A stretch of DNA of 62,456 nt from Octopus sinensis. Lineage: Eukaryota. Shown piece after piece: positions 24,880 through 37,166 of this stretch (its first letter is position 1; every line of letters starts with the position of its first letter). The position numbers were made by a program, and so were the translations under genes. The DNA lies in contig NW_021832544.1 in NCBI RefSeq assembly GCF_006345805.1, positions 1-62,456 of the forward strand, given 5' to 3'. The notes below the pieces were generated by a model. That model had not been told where the DNA came from and did no database searches. It saw only the letters and a program-made list of their open reading frames with translations.

Positions 24880-26118
24880 GTGAGTGGTCCTTGTGATTTG
24901 CATAGATGGTTGGTGATGGCTCGCTGGATCTCCTGGCTTAGGTCGGCCTTCATATTTCCAGGTATGTCAGTAAAAAAGAGTTACTTGTTTGGTTTGCCAC
25001 TTGGTCAGAGGATACATATTTCAAGTTGGCGTTATTTGGTGTTTTTTCCTGGTTCTGTCTACGTAGTTGATTGTAGGAGGGGAAACGTGGTGGTTGTATT
25101 TTGTTCTTGTTGTTGTCCTAGATTTCCTCTGTTCCTGTTCATATCTATTCTGTGATCGTTTTGTGCCCTTCAGATGGTGGTTGTTGCATTCTGGGTTCAG
25201 GCACATCCTTTGTGAGACAGAAGGTTGGCACAGTTTAGGATGGAATAAGGTGCATCCATTGCCTCTTATGCATCCGTATTTAGGGTCAGAACCATAGATT
25301 CTGTATTTAGGACAGTATTGGGGTGGAGGTGGGGGCAATTTTTTCCTGTTATACCGTATGGACAGGTGCCCATAGCAAGTCTACGACATAAGGTCGGGTG
25401 GGGAAAAGCACAGCGTCCATTTTTGTTTGTGCCGCTGGGGCCAAATCTACAAGTGCCTTTAGAAATAAACGGCAGGGGGTTTTATTTGGTTGTAGTAGTG
25501 GTTTTTCTATTTTGGCAGTAGTAGTAGTGGTGGTGGTGGTGGTGGTGGTGGTTAGAAGCAGCTTGTTGATTTTGTGATGGTGGGTTCTGGCTTGCCAGTA
25601 TGTGGTCAAATCTGCAGCTGCCTTGAGAGTAGTAGTGGCAGATGGTTTTACGCGGATGTATTAGTGGTTTTCCTATTGTGGCAGTAGTGGGGAGTTGTAG
25701 CAGCATTGGAACTTGACTAGTGGTAGTATTAGAGTGTTGTTGTTGTTGTTTTTGTTGCTGTAGCGAAGGTGAGACTTGATTGGTTCATCAGGTGCTGTTG
25801 TCAATGGAAGTAGGTCAGTTGATTGTTGCTGTTGAAGTGACCACTGACCTGTGGGATTTGGTCATTTGTTGTACTGGATTCGTTGGCAAGAATGGCTTTT
25901 AGTGTAGCCATGTGCGCGTGAAAAATAGGGAATATCCTAACAATTTTTTTTAATTTATTTTCTATCTGTTTTACAGATCTGTGAAAGGATTTTTCGTTAA
26001 ATCCTCAGTTATTTTGCTATAAACATTAGCTTCGTTGTGATGGATGAACCAAGCGTTAATCATTGCAGTAGTAATTCATTTTCAAACCCAGCGGCGTTTT
26101 TGAAAATTATTGGCCATA
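24880..26118 (-). pseudogene. LINE ORF1 with tandem CCCH zinc fingers, frameshifted
   Basis: Two single-base repairs give CRLFLKGTCRFGPSGTNKNGRCAFPH, CRRLAMGTCPYGITGKNCPHLH, CPKYRIYGSDPKYGCIRGNGCTLFH and CQPSVSQRMCLNPECNNHH. The start codon is uncertain. Confidence 0.8.
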
Positions 26119-26694
26119 TTCAGTGGGGTAGTGTGTGTAATATATATATGTATGTATGTGTATGCGTGTGTATGTATGTGTACACCAGTTATTGATGGCT
26201 TGATGTAAAATAGTGAACACACTGTTGAAAAGTTTGTGTCGATATACTCGGTAAATAGTGAATACACCGTTGGAAAATTTGTGTCGATATACTCGGAAAT
26301 TCGTGGCTTGTGTGTGTGAGAGTTCAGTGTAATTAGTACAATCTAATTAGTACAATTGGGATGAGCGGTGTGTTTGATACAGACCAAGAAAAAAGAATTC
26401 TACTCACGGGACTAGTTTTAGAACTAGTCTTGGGTTTAGTATTTAGTTTTGGGTTGTTCCTCTTTCTTCAGGTTGTATATAGATTTGTATAAATTTATCC
26501 TCCGATGGTAGTAAAAGAGTAGTATAGTAGGATTGTAGAATTCAAAAGTCTTGAGATTAAAGACAAGGAGAGATTATGTTAGCTTGAGTTGAGTTGAGTT
26601 GAGTTAAATTGAGTTGAAAAATGCTTCTTTGGTTAGTTACTGACGGGAGCTATAAAAAGTACGTCTTGTCACGACGACTGCCATATATATATAT

Positions 26695-26880
26695 AGGGAG
26701 AGTTTGCGAAAAAAACAAAAGACGTAGACAGGTGCTGTACAAAACAAACAGATGTATTAGTATAACGCTCAGGAATAGAAAATGTCTGTTAGGTTTCGAG
26801 CCTACGCCCTTCTACAGAAAAAACAAGGCGAGAAACAAGGAGAGAAAAAATGTGTGTAGTGGCTAACGATCTATCATGGT
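26695..26880 (-). mobile_element. Penelope-like tail fragment (same family as 13960-14152)
   Basis: Reverse complement reads gatcgttagccactacacac...gaagggcgtaggctcgaaac...ctaatacatctgtttgtt. Confidence 0.6.
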
Positions 26881-26892
26881 GATATATATATA

Positions 26893-26927
<35 letters not shown>

Positions 26928-26982
26928 TATATTTCGTTTAGGGATTTGGTTTGCAAGATTCTCGTGTATTGAAGCATATTCT

Positions 26983-27128
26983 GTTGTGTCTGGGGAGAGT
27001 CATTTTCTTGCGCTTATTATGTAACATACTCACCAATAAAATTTCCCTTATATCTTAAAAGTGGAAATTTTACCGGTGAGTGTGTTACATTATAAGGCAC
27101 CAAAGAAAATGACTCTCCCAGACACAAC
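26983..27128. repeat. Fold-back palindrome, shorter member of the 12469-12738 family
   Basis: gttgtgtctggggagagtcattttc...aaaatttcc is mirrored by ggaaatttt...gaaaatgactctccccagacacaac, with the same leader atttcgttt.gggatttggtttgcaagatt. Confidence 0.9.
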
Positions 27129-28439
27129 TGTATATATATAATATATATATATATATAATTATATCATTTATATATTATATAATTATATATCATTTATATA
27201 TATGCATATGTATATATGTATTGCTTGTTTTTGTTTCTTGGAAAAAAAAAACCACTTTGTGTGCAGACTTTTGTTTATCCGAGAGAATAATCTGGAATGC
27301 TTTCCCGCTTATTTCTCTGTAAAATGTTTTCCGTAAGTCTTTGTAAAGTTTCTTAATGAATGGGAATCTGATGTAATTTGCGTCATTCTCGTCTTAGAAG
27401 TGAAATGTTTAAAAGCGGAATTTAAAAACTAAATTACTGACAACTTAATTCATTCTTCTTAGGAACACTCAACATTTGTTTCACGAATATCAATTCTTCG
27501 CTAATTTCCCAACAGGTCGTTGATTCCTTCAAACTATAGATCTATTAATCTGCCATTGTCTATAACTACATAGACAACCGCCACTCACAAGACACTGGTC
27601 ATGATTAAATGGTCTCTTCGTCACCAAGTCTTCGATATTTGCTATTCTTGCCATCCGTTTACCCCAACAAATCGTTACTTTATTTTCGGATCACCTCATA
27701 TATAAATACCTATACAAAGAACTCTATATTTTACAGAGTTAACAGGACAATCATCATATGGCCACCCCTCTCTCTCCTCTCTCTCTCTCTCTCTTTCTCG
27801 CTCTCTTTCTTTTACTGTCACCCTCTCCCTCCATCTTCTTCTCCCTCTCTCTTTCTCCCTCTCTGTCTGTCAAATTGCACTTCTACAGCCTTTTAAAAAA
27901 GGTGGCATTGGATAATGCAGTTCTGGACACACTATATCTAAATATAGTCACGGATGGAACGCCTATTATAATGTCTGTTTTATCAATGCTGAACTAAACA
28001 ATGGCAAATACCAGAATAACTGTCTGTCTTGAAAATTTCTGTTATTTTAACTCCATCTTATACACATTTCCTTTGTCTGCGACTCTGTATTTCTTCACTT
28101 TGTCTCTCAAACATTTAAATATTAAAGATATTTTCTTCACTTCTGTTGTTTTAACCCCACTTTTCAAAATAGTTCTTTATCTCAGAGTGAACATCTCAAA
28201 CCAGTTCTTATATATTCAAAAACTATTCTTCATCGCTACACGTTGTGGTCCTTGGTGCTGTTTTTCAACTTCTTTTAATCCTAGCCAAAACCTCCAAACT
28301 CAGTGACTAGTCGGGAGGCAATCTATTCTCTCAAATGCCAATCAATATTTGAACTCATCGTTAATTTTCCAGTTTGATTTGGAAGAAGCTTGTGTGAGGA
28401 ATGTCCTCTGAGACTGTTACAGGTGACTTAATGAACTGC

Positions 28440-28790
28440 TTAAGTAATCACAAGTTGATGACGTTAGGAAAGACTTGTGCAGGAGGAAATTCCAGATATC
28501 CGATGTTCTGGAAAGAAAGGACTGGACATAGTTTTTGTTGGATCTAGATGTGATGGACACAGTTACATCTTGGGAAGAAGAAAGAAAAGTGAGTCAAGAG
28601 TGGTTAAGTGATAGTAAGAGTAAGAAAATCAGAGAGAGGAGATTACGTTTGTGGGTTACAGGACGGAATATGTTGGTGAGAGACTTTATGCTAAACAGTC
28701 GGGCAGATTTTCTTTGGCTATATTCAAATATCTCTACGTGTGCAGAAGCAGCAGCAGCAGCATCGGGCCTCGTATGTGGGAGCAATATTG
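28440..28790 (-). mobile_element. Jockey/CR1-group LINE 3' relic
   Basis: Minus strand HVEIFEYSQRKSARLF...VTHKRNLLSL and YVQSFLSRTSDIWN resemble the C-terminal motifs LDRIQRKAIRL/HRR/SFxPRTxxxWN. Confidence 0.55.
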
Positions 28791-28811
28791 CCGAGTGGAC
28801 CTCACCCGAGA

Positions 28812-29128
28812 TTTACTCTTTTACTCATTTACTTGTTTCAGTCATTTGACTGCGGCCATGCTGGAACACCACCTTTTAGTCGAAGAAATCGACTCCAGGA
28901 CATATTGTTTGTAAGCCTAGTACTTATTCTCTCGGTCGTTTTTTCCGAACCGCTAAGTACGGTGGCATAAACACACCGACATCGGTTGTCAAGCAATGGT
29001 GGGTGTACAAACACAGACACACAAATACATACCATATATACATACACGCACACATATACATATATAATATAATATTTCGTGAAATTTGAATTTTCCCTGT
29101 AAGTTTGGAATAATATTCCCTCATATTA

Positions 29129-29190
<62 letters not shown>

Positions 29191-29242
29191 GCATACAACG
29201 GGCTTCTTTCAGTTTCCGTCTACCAAATCCACTCACAAGGCT
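28812..29242 (-). mobile_element. SINE family A (5'-truncated) with a short insert in its internal TA tract
   Basis: acgggcttctttcagtttccgtctaccaaatccactcacaaggct and the tail cttgtttcagtcatttgactgcggccatgctgg. Confidence 0.88.
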
Positions 29243-29806
29243 GGACAGTTTAAGTTGGAGGGGAGCTGCGATAATGTTTCTTCGATGCAATATTTGTTGT
29301 TGAAGGCGACAGGGTTGGTTTAATCTCATGAGGATGTTTTGGGGGTCTTTGAGTAAGGATCTAGCGTAGATTGCAAGCGTGATGTCTAACTTCTATGCAG
29401 AGGAAGCTTCTGGTGCAGTTGTTTAGGATCTACTGAAGGGTACTACCATCTCCATAGGGGTGGACATAATTGATGGCGACAGCAAGTAAATAGTTGATGT
29501 ATATGAGTGTGTATGTGGGACAAAACCGAACACAGAGGGCTTGTAAGAAGCAGTAAAGCGTGGGTGAGGACCGAAATCTGATCGCCAAGAAATTAGAAAC
29601 ATTGATGGAATGCAGAACACAGGACATTATTAGAACACATATAAAGCACAAGAAAACAGGCAGTTTTAACAGTAACTTTCTCAATACTCAAGACACAGTC
29701 AAGGTCCATAAATATATTTCAAAGCACTGACAATAAGCGAGTAACTCCGAGTAGCAAAGGATTGAATCAAAAGACAGACAGACACATAGCAAGAGAGCTA
29801 GCTAGC

Positions 29807-29891
<85 letters not shown>

Positions 29892-30055
29892 TTCTATATT
29901 GCCCACAGGGGGTTAACAATAGAGGGGACAAGCAAGGACAGACAAGGAGATTAAGTCGATTACATCGACCCCAGTGATTAACTGGTACTTATTTAATCGA
30001 CCCCGAAAGGATGAATGGCAAAGTCGACGTCGGCGGAATTCGAACTCAAAACGTA
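29892..30055 (-). mobile_element. SINE family B, truncated, within (ATAG)n
   Basis: gtcgattacatcgaccccagtg...gaccccgaaaggatgaatggcaaagtcgac. Confidence 0.88.
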
Positions 30056-30087
30056 GATAGATAGATGGATGGATAGATATATAGATT

Positions 30088-30152
<65 letters not shown>

Positions 30153-30282
30153 GCAGGCAGACAGACAGGCAGACATACAGACAGACAGACAGACAGATGA
30201 TGGATGGATGGATGGATGGATGGATGGATGGATGGATGGAAAAAGATAGAAAGAATAGAAAGAAAAGAAAAGAAAAGAGAAA

Positions 30283-30333
<51 letters not shown>

Positions 30334-30334
<1 letters not shown>

Positions 30335-31535
30335 TTAGTTAATTTTTTGGCTCAAAAGCAAAAAGCAAGGCCATGTAGGGGGACATAGAGTTAAGTACAG
30401 GCTGGTGTTCATGTAAAGAGTTCAGGCCACTTGAGGTCAAGGGAGACTTTGAACAAAGCAGTCGTCGGCATCTTCACCATCTCGTCTGGCAGCTTTTTCC
30501 ACGGATCCGCAACCCGGACGGAGAAAGCTCCTCTCCTTCGATTGAGATGAAATCGTCGCAGGTAGAGCTTTTCAGAATGACCTCGCAGCCGACACTCTGG
30601 AGCAGGAGTGAAGAACAGCTCTTTCGAGAGGTTACACTTTCCGCTTATGATGTGAGCGAGAATGAGATCACCACGGCGGCGGAGTTTTTCTAGAGAATAA
30701 AGGTCGAGCGTCTTCAGCCTTTCTTCATAAGACAAATTCTTGAGACCATGAACCATGCGGGTAGCCAGCTTCTGGACTCTTTCGAGATGCTGTATGTCTT
30801 TGGGGAGATAAGGAGAAGAGGCTTGAATCCCGTACTCCAATATGGGTCTCACCAGCGTGACATAGAGCGGTAGGAATATGGCTGCTGTGAGCATTCCGAA
30901 TGACTGTCGAATCAAGAACAGAATTCCGCGTGCTTTGTTGGCAGCATGGACGCACTGAAAAGGAGGAATCCACTAAGATACCCAGGTCCTTTACCTGATC
31001 GGTCCTCTCCAGCAGCAGACGACCCGGCTCGAAATCAAGTTGAGTTGCAGGAGGAGAGCCAACAGGCAGATGACAGCACTTTGACACGTTCAGACACAGG
31101 TCCCATTCGTTAGACCACCTCCAAATTTGGTGGAGGCATCGACGAAGATCCTCTATATCACCGCGAGGAGCGACCAGTTTGACATCGTCGGCAAATAGAA
31201 GGGTGTGTTGCGTGAGGTCGTCGGGCAAGTCATTTATGAAGACTAAGAACAATAAGGGCCCAAGCACTGAATCTTGAGGCACGCCACTGCTCGCATTGGA
31301 GACGTCGGACCGTGAACTTGGACTTGGAAGGAGTGATCTGAGAGGAAGGCACCAACCCATCGTACAATATCCGGATGGAAACTATATGCTTGAAGCTTGA
31401 CAAGTAATAGGCGGTGGTTTACCGAGTCAAAAGCTTTGGCAAAGTCCAATAAAACGATGTCAACAGCATCACTATCATCGAGGATGCGCGTCACCAATTC
31501 TTCCATTACCAGTAAGTTGTTCAAGCATGATCTCT
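30334..31535 (-). mobile_element. CR1-clade LINE, 5'-truncated RT-to-3' fragment
   Basis: RSCLNNLL, LDFAKAFDSVNH, SGVPQDSVLGPLLFLVFINDL, FADD, KDLGILVD, LVRPILEYG, LERVQKLATRMV, YEERL, RRRGDLI. Frameshifted; the 3' end abuts (GAAA)n. Confidence 0.92.
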
Positions 31536-31999
31536 ATCAGTTTCACTTCCATATCACACCGAGTCAGTCTTGTGCTGTCCTCCTTATAGATTCCACTCTA
31601 TCTCAAGCCTTGTGGATATCAACTCTTCATATCCATCCACACAATTCTTGTTTCTTCCCCCCTTCCCCCTCTCTCTTTCTCCATTAATTCTTGCCTTCTG
31701 TTAACAAACTCTGTAATACATTTTTTCCTAATTAAGTCTCCGAAATATTTTTACTTTTCTCTCTTTGATGCTGTCAAATAAAATTCTTTCAGTTTTTGCC
31801 ATTCTTAATTCTTCCTCATTGGTTTTGTGTTGTGTCCATGATATTCTCAAACCTTTTCTCCATACCGACATCTCAAAGACTTCCAATCATTTGTTAATAT
31901 CCATTTTTCTGCTCCATACAATTCACTCGGCAATACATAACATTTTAATAATCCGGTTTTTTTTTCTAGATTTCAGGATTATGTCTCACAATTTTTTCA

Positions 32000-32152
32000 C
32001 ATCTCTCTCTCTCTCTCTCTCACCCTCTCTCTCTCACCTCTCTCTCTCTCACTCACTCTCTCTCACTCACTCACTCTCTCTTCCACTCACTCACTCTCTC
32101 ACTCTCTATTTCTGTCTGTATATACATATATATATATATATATCTATGTGTT

Positions 32153-32201
<49 letters not shown>

Positions 32202-32421
32202 ACATAAACACGCACATATATTCTATTCTATCTTTCTTTCTCTCTCTCACTCACTCTCTCTCTCACTCACTCTCTCTCACTCACTCTCTCTCTCTCACTC
32301 ACTCTCTCTCTCACTCACTCTCTCTCTCACTCACTCTCTCTCTCACTCACTCTCTCTCTCACTCACTCTCTCTCTCACTCACTCACTCTCTCTCTCACTT
32401 TCTATCTCTCTCTGTATATAC

Positions 32422-32478
<57 letters not shown>

Positions 32479-32530
32479 CATGTGTGTATATACACACACA
32501 TATATTCTATTCTATCTTTCTATCTCTCTC
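32000..32530. repeat. (CT)/(CTCA)/(TA)/(GT) compound microsatellite, internally duplicated
   Basis: Visible repeat; catatattctattctatctttc occurs twice. Confidence 0.9.
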
Positions 32531-32983
32531 AGTCTTCCTTTTGATTTCAATTTCCTCCTTTCCATCTTTTTTATTCCAATTATCTCAGGTAAATTATTAT
32601 CTTTGATCTCCTTTTAATTAACTTCCCCTCAGTTGTAATATTCCCTTCTGATGGCCCTTGTTTCCTGCTGATTCCATTGATTTTGTTTCCTTGGACATTA
32701 CTTTGTCATTTACTTTTTCCTGTTTCCCCAAATATTTTTGGCCAAAAACTAGTTTAACTTTCTGAATTAATCTGCTTCTGTTTCAGCTCCTTTTCTTGGC
32801 ACCTATTGTGTCCTTTATCGAAATTCAACGCTGCTTCTTGGTACCAATGCAGCTTGGTAGATCTTACGCAAAGACACTTCTTTCGTCACATGGCACCGAA
32901 ATACACGATTCAAATGGCATTCGTCCAGCACATGGGTCAAAGATATGCATTGATACACTGCGATAGTACATACGTGCATACAT

Positions 32984-34005
32984 TGTTACGACCTGGTGGC
33001 CATAACCCGAATTTACACAACCAGCAATGATGAGGTGAATCCAAAACAACAACACACCATGAAATTTTTTTTTAAATACTATTAACAATTAAGCGTAAAC
33101 ATACACAAATAACCTACATACAAAACAAATATATACGAACTAAATAAATTAATGCTACACTAGACGTGCAGTCGAAATATTTACAAAAGTAAAATATATA
33201 CAGTTTAGAAATTTCGACTCAAAAACCTTTCTCAAACTTGGATTCGTAAATCTGGCTTCATTAGATTTATAAATTTGGCTTCGTTGGATTCATAAATTTG
33301 GATTCACAAATTTGGTTTCACAAATTTGGCCTCACAAATTTGGTTTCAAAAATATGGATTCCGAAATCTGGCTGAACAAATTTAGTTTTCGAACTTTGGA
33401 ACTAAACATAAATAAATCTAATGTCAAAACAACCATTTAAACTAAAAGTTCATGACAAAAATGGCTGCCAGACTACATCAATAATTACAGTTAAACTTTT
33501 TTAAATAGTCAAACAAAATATCTAGTTTGCTTTAAATTCACACAAAACTGCTTCAAACACGAATGCTGAGTAACGATTAGACAAAATTTACAGTTTAGTT
33601 GTCTAATACAAAAAGTTGGCTACATGAAAAATTAAATTCATACACCCTCTAGCTATTTATACAAATTTTTCAACACCTAACTTAACAGAAAATAGCTGGC
33701 AAAATTACTACACAACCTGCCACAAATTAGGTATTCAAAATTGAGATCTTTGCACTCACCCAGATGACACAGAAATTATTTAAATCTGACAAGCAAAAGT
33801 TCTGGCGAATTCCTGGAGCATAAAATAAATCCACAAATGCCTAGCACAAAGAGCATAAACTAAACAGGCATTGATAGCTTCCAGAATCCAATTGAACAAC
33901 TTTGTCTCACAGAAAAACTTTAACTATCAAAAAAACTGGGTGTACAATTATCTCTACTTATAAATGTTTGCCAATTTGTTAGTTTTACAGTTTTGGCTAA
34001 TAACA
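32984..34005 (-). mobile_element. LTR (~1.02 kb) with adjacent polypurine tract
   Basis: TGTTA...TAACA termini. On the minus strand aaaatgggggaagttagg immediately precedes TGTTA. TATA-like tataaatag at ~33652-33660 (minus) and short tandem aaatttgg repeats at 33236-33400. Confidence 0.6.
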
Positions 34006-34226
34006 CCTAACTTCCCCCATTTTGACAATGGACTTCATCCTGACCTTACAGTGCAGCATGAAAAACTGTCTGTTTATCTGTTTACCTGTTAATATTATAC
34101 GATAAAACGTTTTTATCGTTTTTATAATTTCCTAACAGCATACATAGATACATACGTACATACGTACATGTATGCATACATGTGCATTTACATACATACT
34201 TTCATACATATATACATATACAGAAT

Positions 34227-34445
34227 GGCGGCGAGCTGGCAGAATCGTTAACATGCCGGGCGAAATGCTTAGCAGTATTTCGTCTGCCGTTACGTTCTGA
34301 GTTCAAATTCCGCCGAGGTCGACTTTGCCTTTCATCCTATCGGAGTCGATAAATTAAGTACCAGTTACGCACTGGGGTCGATGTAATCGACTTAATCCCA
34401 TTGCCTGTCCTTGTTTGTCTCCTCCCTGTGGGTAGTAAAGAAATA
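34227..34445 (+). mobile_element. SINE family B, full-length
   Basis: Pol III A-box-like tggcagaatcg and B-box gagttcaaattcc; matches the other family B copies. Confidence 0.92.
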
Positions 34446-34535
34446 TATATACATATACAGAATCACATTAACATTTCCATAAACTTATACACACAGGCGC
34501 ACGCGCGCACGTCATGCGCATACATCTATATAACT

Positions 34536-34850
34536 GGCTCTCCGTCGCTTACGACGACGTGTGTTCCAGCTGATCCTATCAATAGAGTAGGCTGCTCATG
34601 TAATCAACCTACAAGTGGGTGAGTACTCCACAGACTTGCGTACCCTTAACATAGTTCTCGGGGAGATTCAACAGAATGTGCCAAGGCTGGCGCCTTTTAA
34701 ATTACACGTACACCTAACTTTTGTCATCTGAGTGGACTGGAACAACTTGAAATAAAGTGTCTTGCTCAAGGACACAACGCGCCGCCGGGAATCGAACTCA
34801 TGATCTTACGATCGTGGGCCAAATACCTTAACCAATAAGTGACACGCCTT
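34536..34850 (-). mobile_element. tRNA-derived SINE, family C
   Basis: Reverse complement has A-box ggcgtgtcacttattggttaagg, B-box gagttcgattccc and CORE-like gtgtccttgagcaagacactt. Confidence 0.8.
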
Positions 34851-34968
34851 CACACACCCGTATACGCATGTACATGTACACACACGCACTGTGATTGTCA
34901 AATATGGTACTTAACTGTAAACTTCTCTTCGATTTACCATTGCGTAGTATTTCCTTGTTCCTATATAC

Positions 34969-35478
34969 CAGGGGTCACCAAACGTTTTTCACGGCGGGCC
35001 ACATAACTGAGAGAAGGACAATGGCGGGCCGCATAATCATTTTGTTTAATACAATACAGTGAACGCACAATAAAATAAAGACAACCAATATATTTATTTT
35101 CCAAAATGTTATCAAAGAAGGTGACGTTTGCAGTAAGATGGTTATATCACACCCAGTGCCACACATGCCCGCATCTCACAAACTAAACAGCGAGAAAAAA
35201 GGTTGGTGTGATTTGTGGAACTGGTGTTTAGCTTTTAAGACAGTATCATTATTTGCTTTGGAATTGCTGCATCCAACCAAGAGAATTGCTTTCAAATGTT
35301 CATCAGTCGACCTCGTTCAATGTGCTGACTTCACATTCTTCATTTTTGAAAAATGTTTGCTCACAGACGTAAGTTGTTCCAGCTATACCAGAGGCAAATC
35401 CGGGTACTTACAGAAAAGGTACAGAGCGGCGGCGGGCAGGATGAACTGACCTCGCAGGCCGTAGTACGGTGACCCCTG
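34969..35478 (-). mobile_element. hAT (Charlie-like) internally deleted element/MITE, 510 bp
   Basis: Perfect 11 bp TIR caggggtcacc/ggtgacccctg and 8 bp TSD ctatatac/gtatatac (7 of 8). Minus strand carries a hAT C-terminal remnant FSKMKNVKSAH*TRSTDEHLKAIL...HQFHKSH. Confidence 0.9.
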
Positions 35479-35629
35479 GTATATACTGACAGCCGCTTCT
35501 CTATCGTCTACTTGCTACGTTCTGTCTACCGACCTAACAACCTGTCTACCTAATCTTCAACCTATGGACCAAGGTACCAGCACATTGACCTAAATTCTAC
35601 ATTCCCACCAACCTTATGAAGGCTTATTG

Positions 35630-35880
35630 CTTACGGCTTAGGTTGTTGCACTCACGATTGCAAGGCCATGGTTTCGATTCTCGGACCTAACGATGCGGCG
35701 TGTTCTAGAGCGAATCACTTCGTTTTCCACTGTTGTTCCAGTCTACCCGGCTGGCAAAAATGAGTGCCCCCCCCCCCGCAATGAACTGGCGTCTCATCCA
35801 GGGATGGGATGTTGTGATCGCGGTCACTTATAGGCCATAGAAACTGGTTACCCAATGAGTCCAAGGGCTGGAGACAATAA
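35630..35880 (+). mobile_element. Degenerate tRNA-derived SINE, head related to family C
   Basis: cactcacgattgcaaggccatggtttcgattc (B-box-like), ccagtctacccggctggcaaaaatgagt, gaactggcgtctcatccaggg. Confidence 0.6.
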
Positions 35881-35887
35881 TAGCCAA

Positions 35888-36112
35888 TGGTTGAGGAGGG
35901 AGAGAAGGAGGAGGAGGATGGTGGTGGTGGTGGTGGTGGTGGTGGTGGTGGTGTCGACGACGACGGCGATGATGACGACAAAGACAATGATGATGATGAT
36001 GATAATGGTGATGATGACGATGATGGTGATGATTATGATGATGACAACATTGACGATGATGAGGAGGGGGAGGAAGAGGAGGATGATAATGATGATGACA
36101 GTGATGATGAAA
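35888..36112. repeat. (GGT)/(GAT)/(GAG) trinucleotide tract
   Basis: Visible repeat. Confidence 0.95.
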
Positions 36113-36469
36113 AACGTCCACACCTATCTCTACACACGTACATTTCCAAGCCTATCCACATATTTAACAAGCTAGCTAACAAACATAGCTACCCCTAAGC
36201 ACCTGTTTATTTACCTAGCTTACTTCTTACCTGTATACAAACTCAGGATAACTTGGTCAATTATCTGCCTACTTGCCTGCCTACCTACTTCACTGCCTAT
36301 CAAGAAACAAAACTACTAAACTACTTACACACAAAATCAACCAATTTCTATACACATACACAGTTTTAAGTCACCCCTTAGAAGAGAGATCATCTAAACA
36401 CTGCAGTATATTTAGTCCTATGTTCAATTGTTATTTCTGCCAACATTTGGTCGTATAAACTCGAAATGC

Positions 36470-36930
36470 CACAGGACTACCAAAAGCTGCAAATAATGTC
36501 TTTTGATGCTTCCATTAGATTTGCGAACCTTCTGGCATACTTTGAATTGAAAAGTGTGCGCAGATATACAGACAGAGTAGATGGTAGAGGTTCATTTTCC
36601 ATGGGTTCGCAAATGAGATTTGAGCCCAGCAAAAGAAGGGCATGGTCTGTCAAAAACTGTGCACACAAAAAGGTCATTGTCATTCACCTTCTTGATCGTA
36701 ACATTCTTCTTTAAATCTCTCTTGAGTTTTGCATGCGTTATCATTGGCTCTTCAAACGCTTTCACTCCGCTCCACACTTTTGTTCGCCATCCAACTCGTC
36801 CTGAATCAAGGGTTTCAATGTTCTCTGGCTCCGTTCCAAGTGATTTCATTAGAGTCCTTATTGCCGTCCTTAAACCTTTTTTTAGGTTTACACCGGTAGC
36901 GTTTCCCCTCTTCAAAGGCATTTTTCGTGG
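36470..36930 (-). mobile_element. RTE-clade LINE 3' fragment
   Basis: WRTKVWSGVKAFEE...HAKLKR, CTVFDRPCPSFAGLKSHLRTH and a second finger KVCQKVCKSNGSIKRH. Homologous to 600-1078. Confidence 0.8.
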
Positions 36931-37061
36931 ATTTGTTCTAACAATTCAAAATGTCTTTCATAACATGTCCATGTTTCACAAGAATACAACAGGGATGGTA
37001 AGACAAATGATTTGTAAAGAGCCAGCTTTGTATTGTTATTCATATACATACACACACACAG

Positions 37062-37166
<105 letters not shown>

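Larger units (their letters stand above)
21823..26682 (-). mobile_element. Near full-length APE+RT non-LTR retrotransposon (Proto2/CR1-like), ~4.9 kb, between (TA)n tracts
   Basis: Putative 5' end ggcagtcgtcgtgacaagacgtac at 26682, ORF1 with CCCH fingers, ORF2 with APE and RT motifs, and a 3' UTR ending in a tandem atctaagtttt tail. The same 3' end occurs at 49293 and 56910. Confidence 0.93.

Noticed and set aside
34227-34320. tRNA gene suggested by A/B boxes
   Set aside because: It continues into a multi-copy SINE body and no cloverleaf is evident.
35887-36198. Acidic D/E-rich 103 aa ORF
   Set aside because: Product of GAT/GAG/GGT repeats; open in several frames on both strands.
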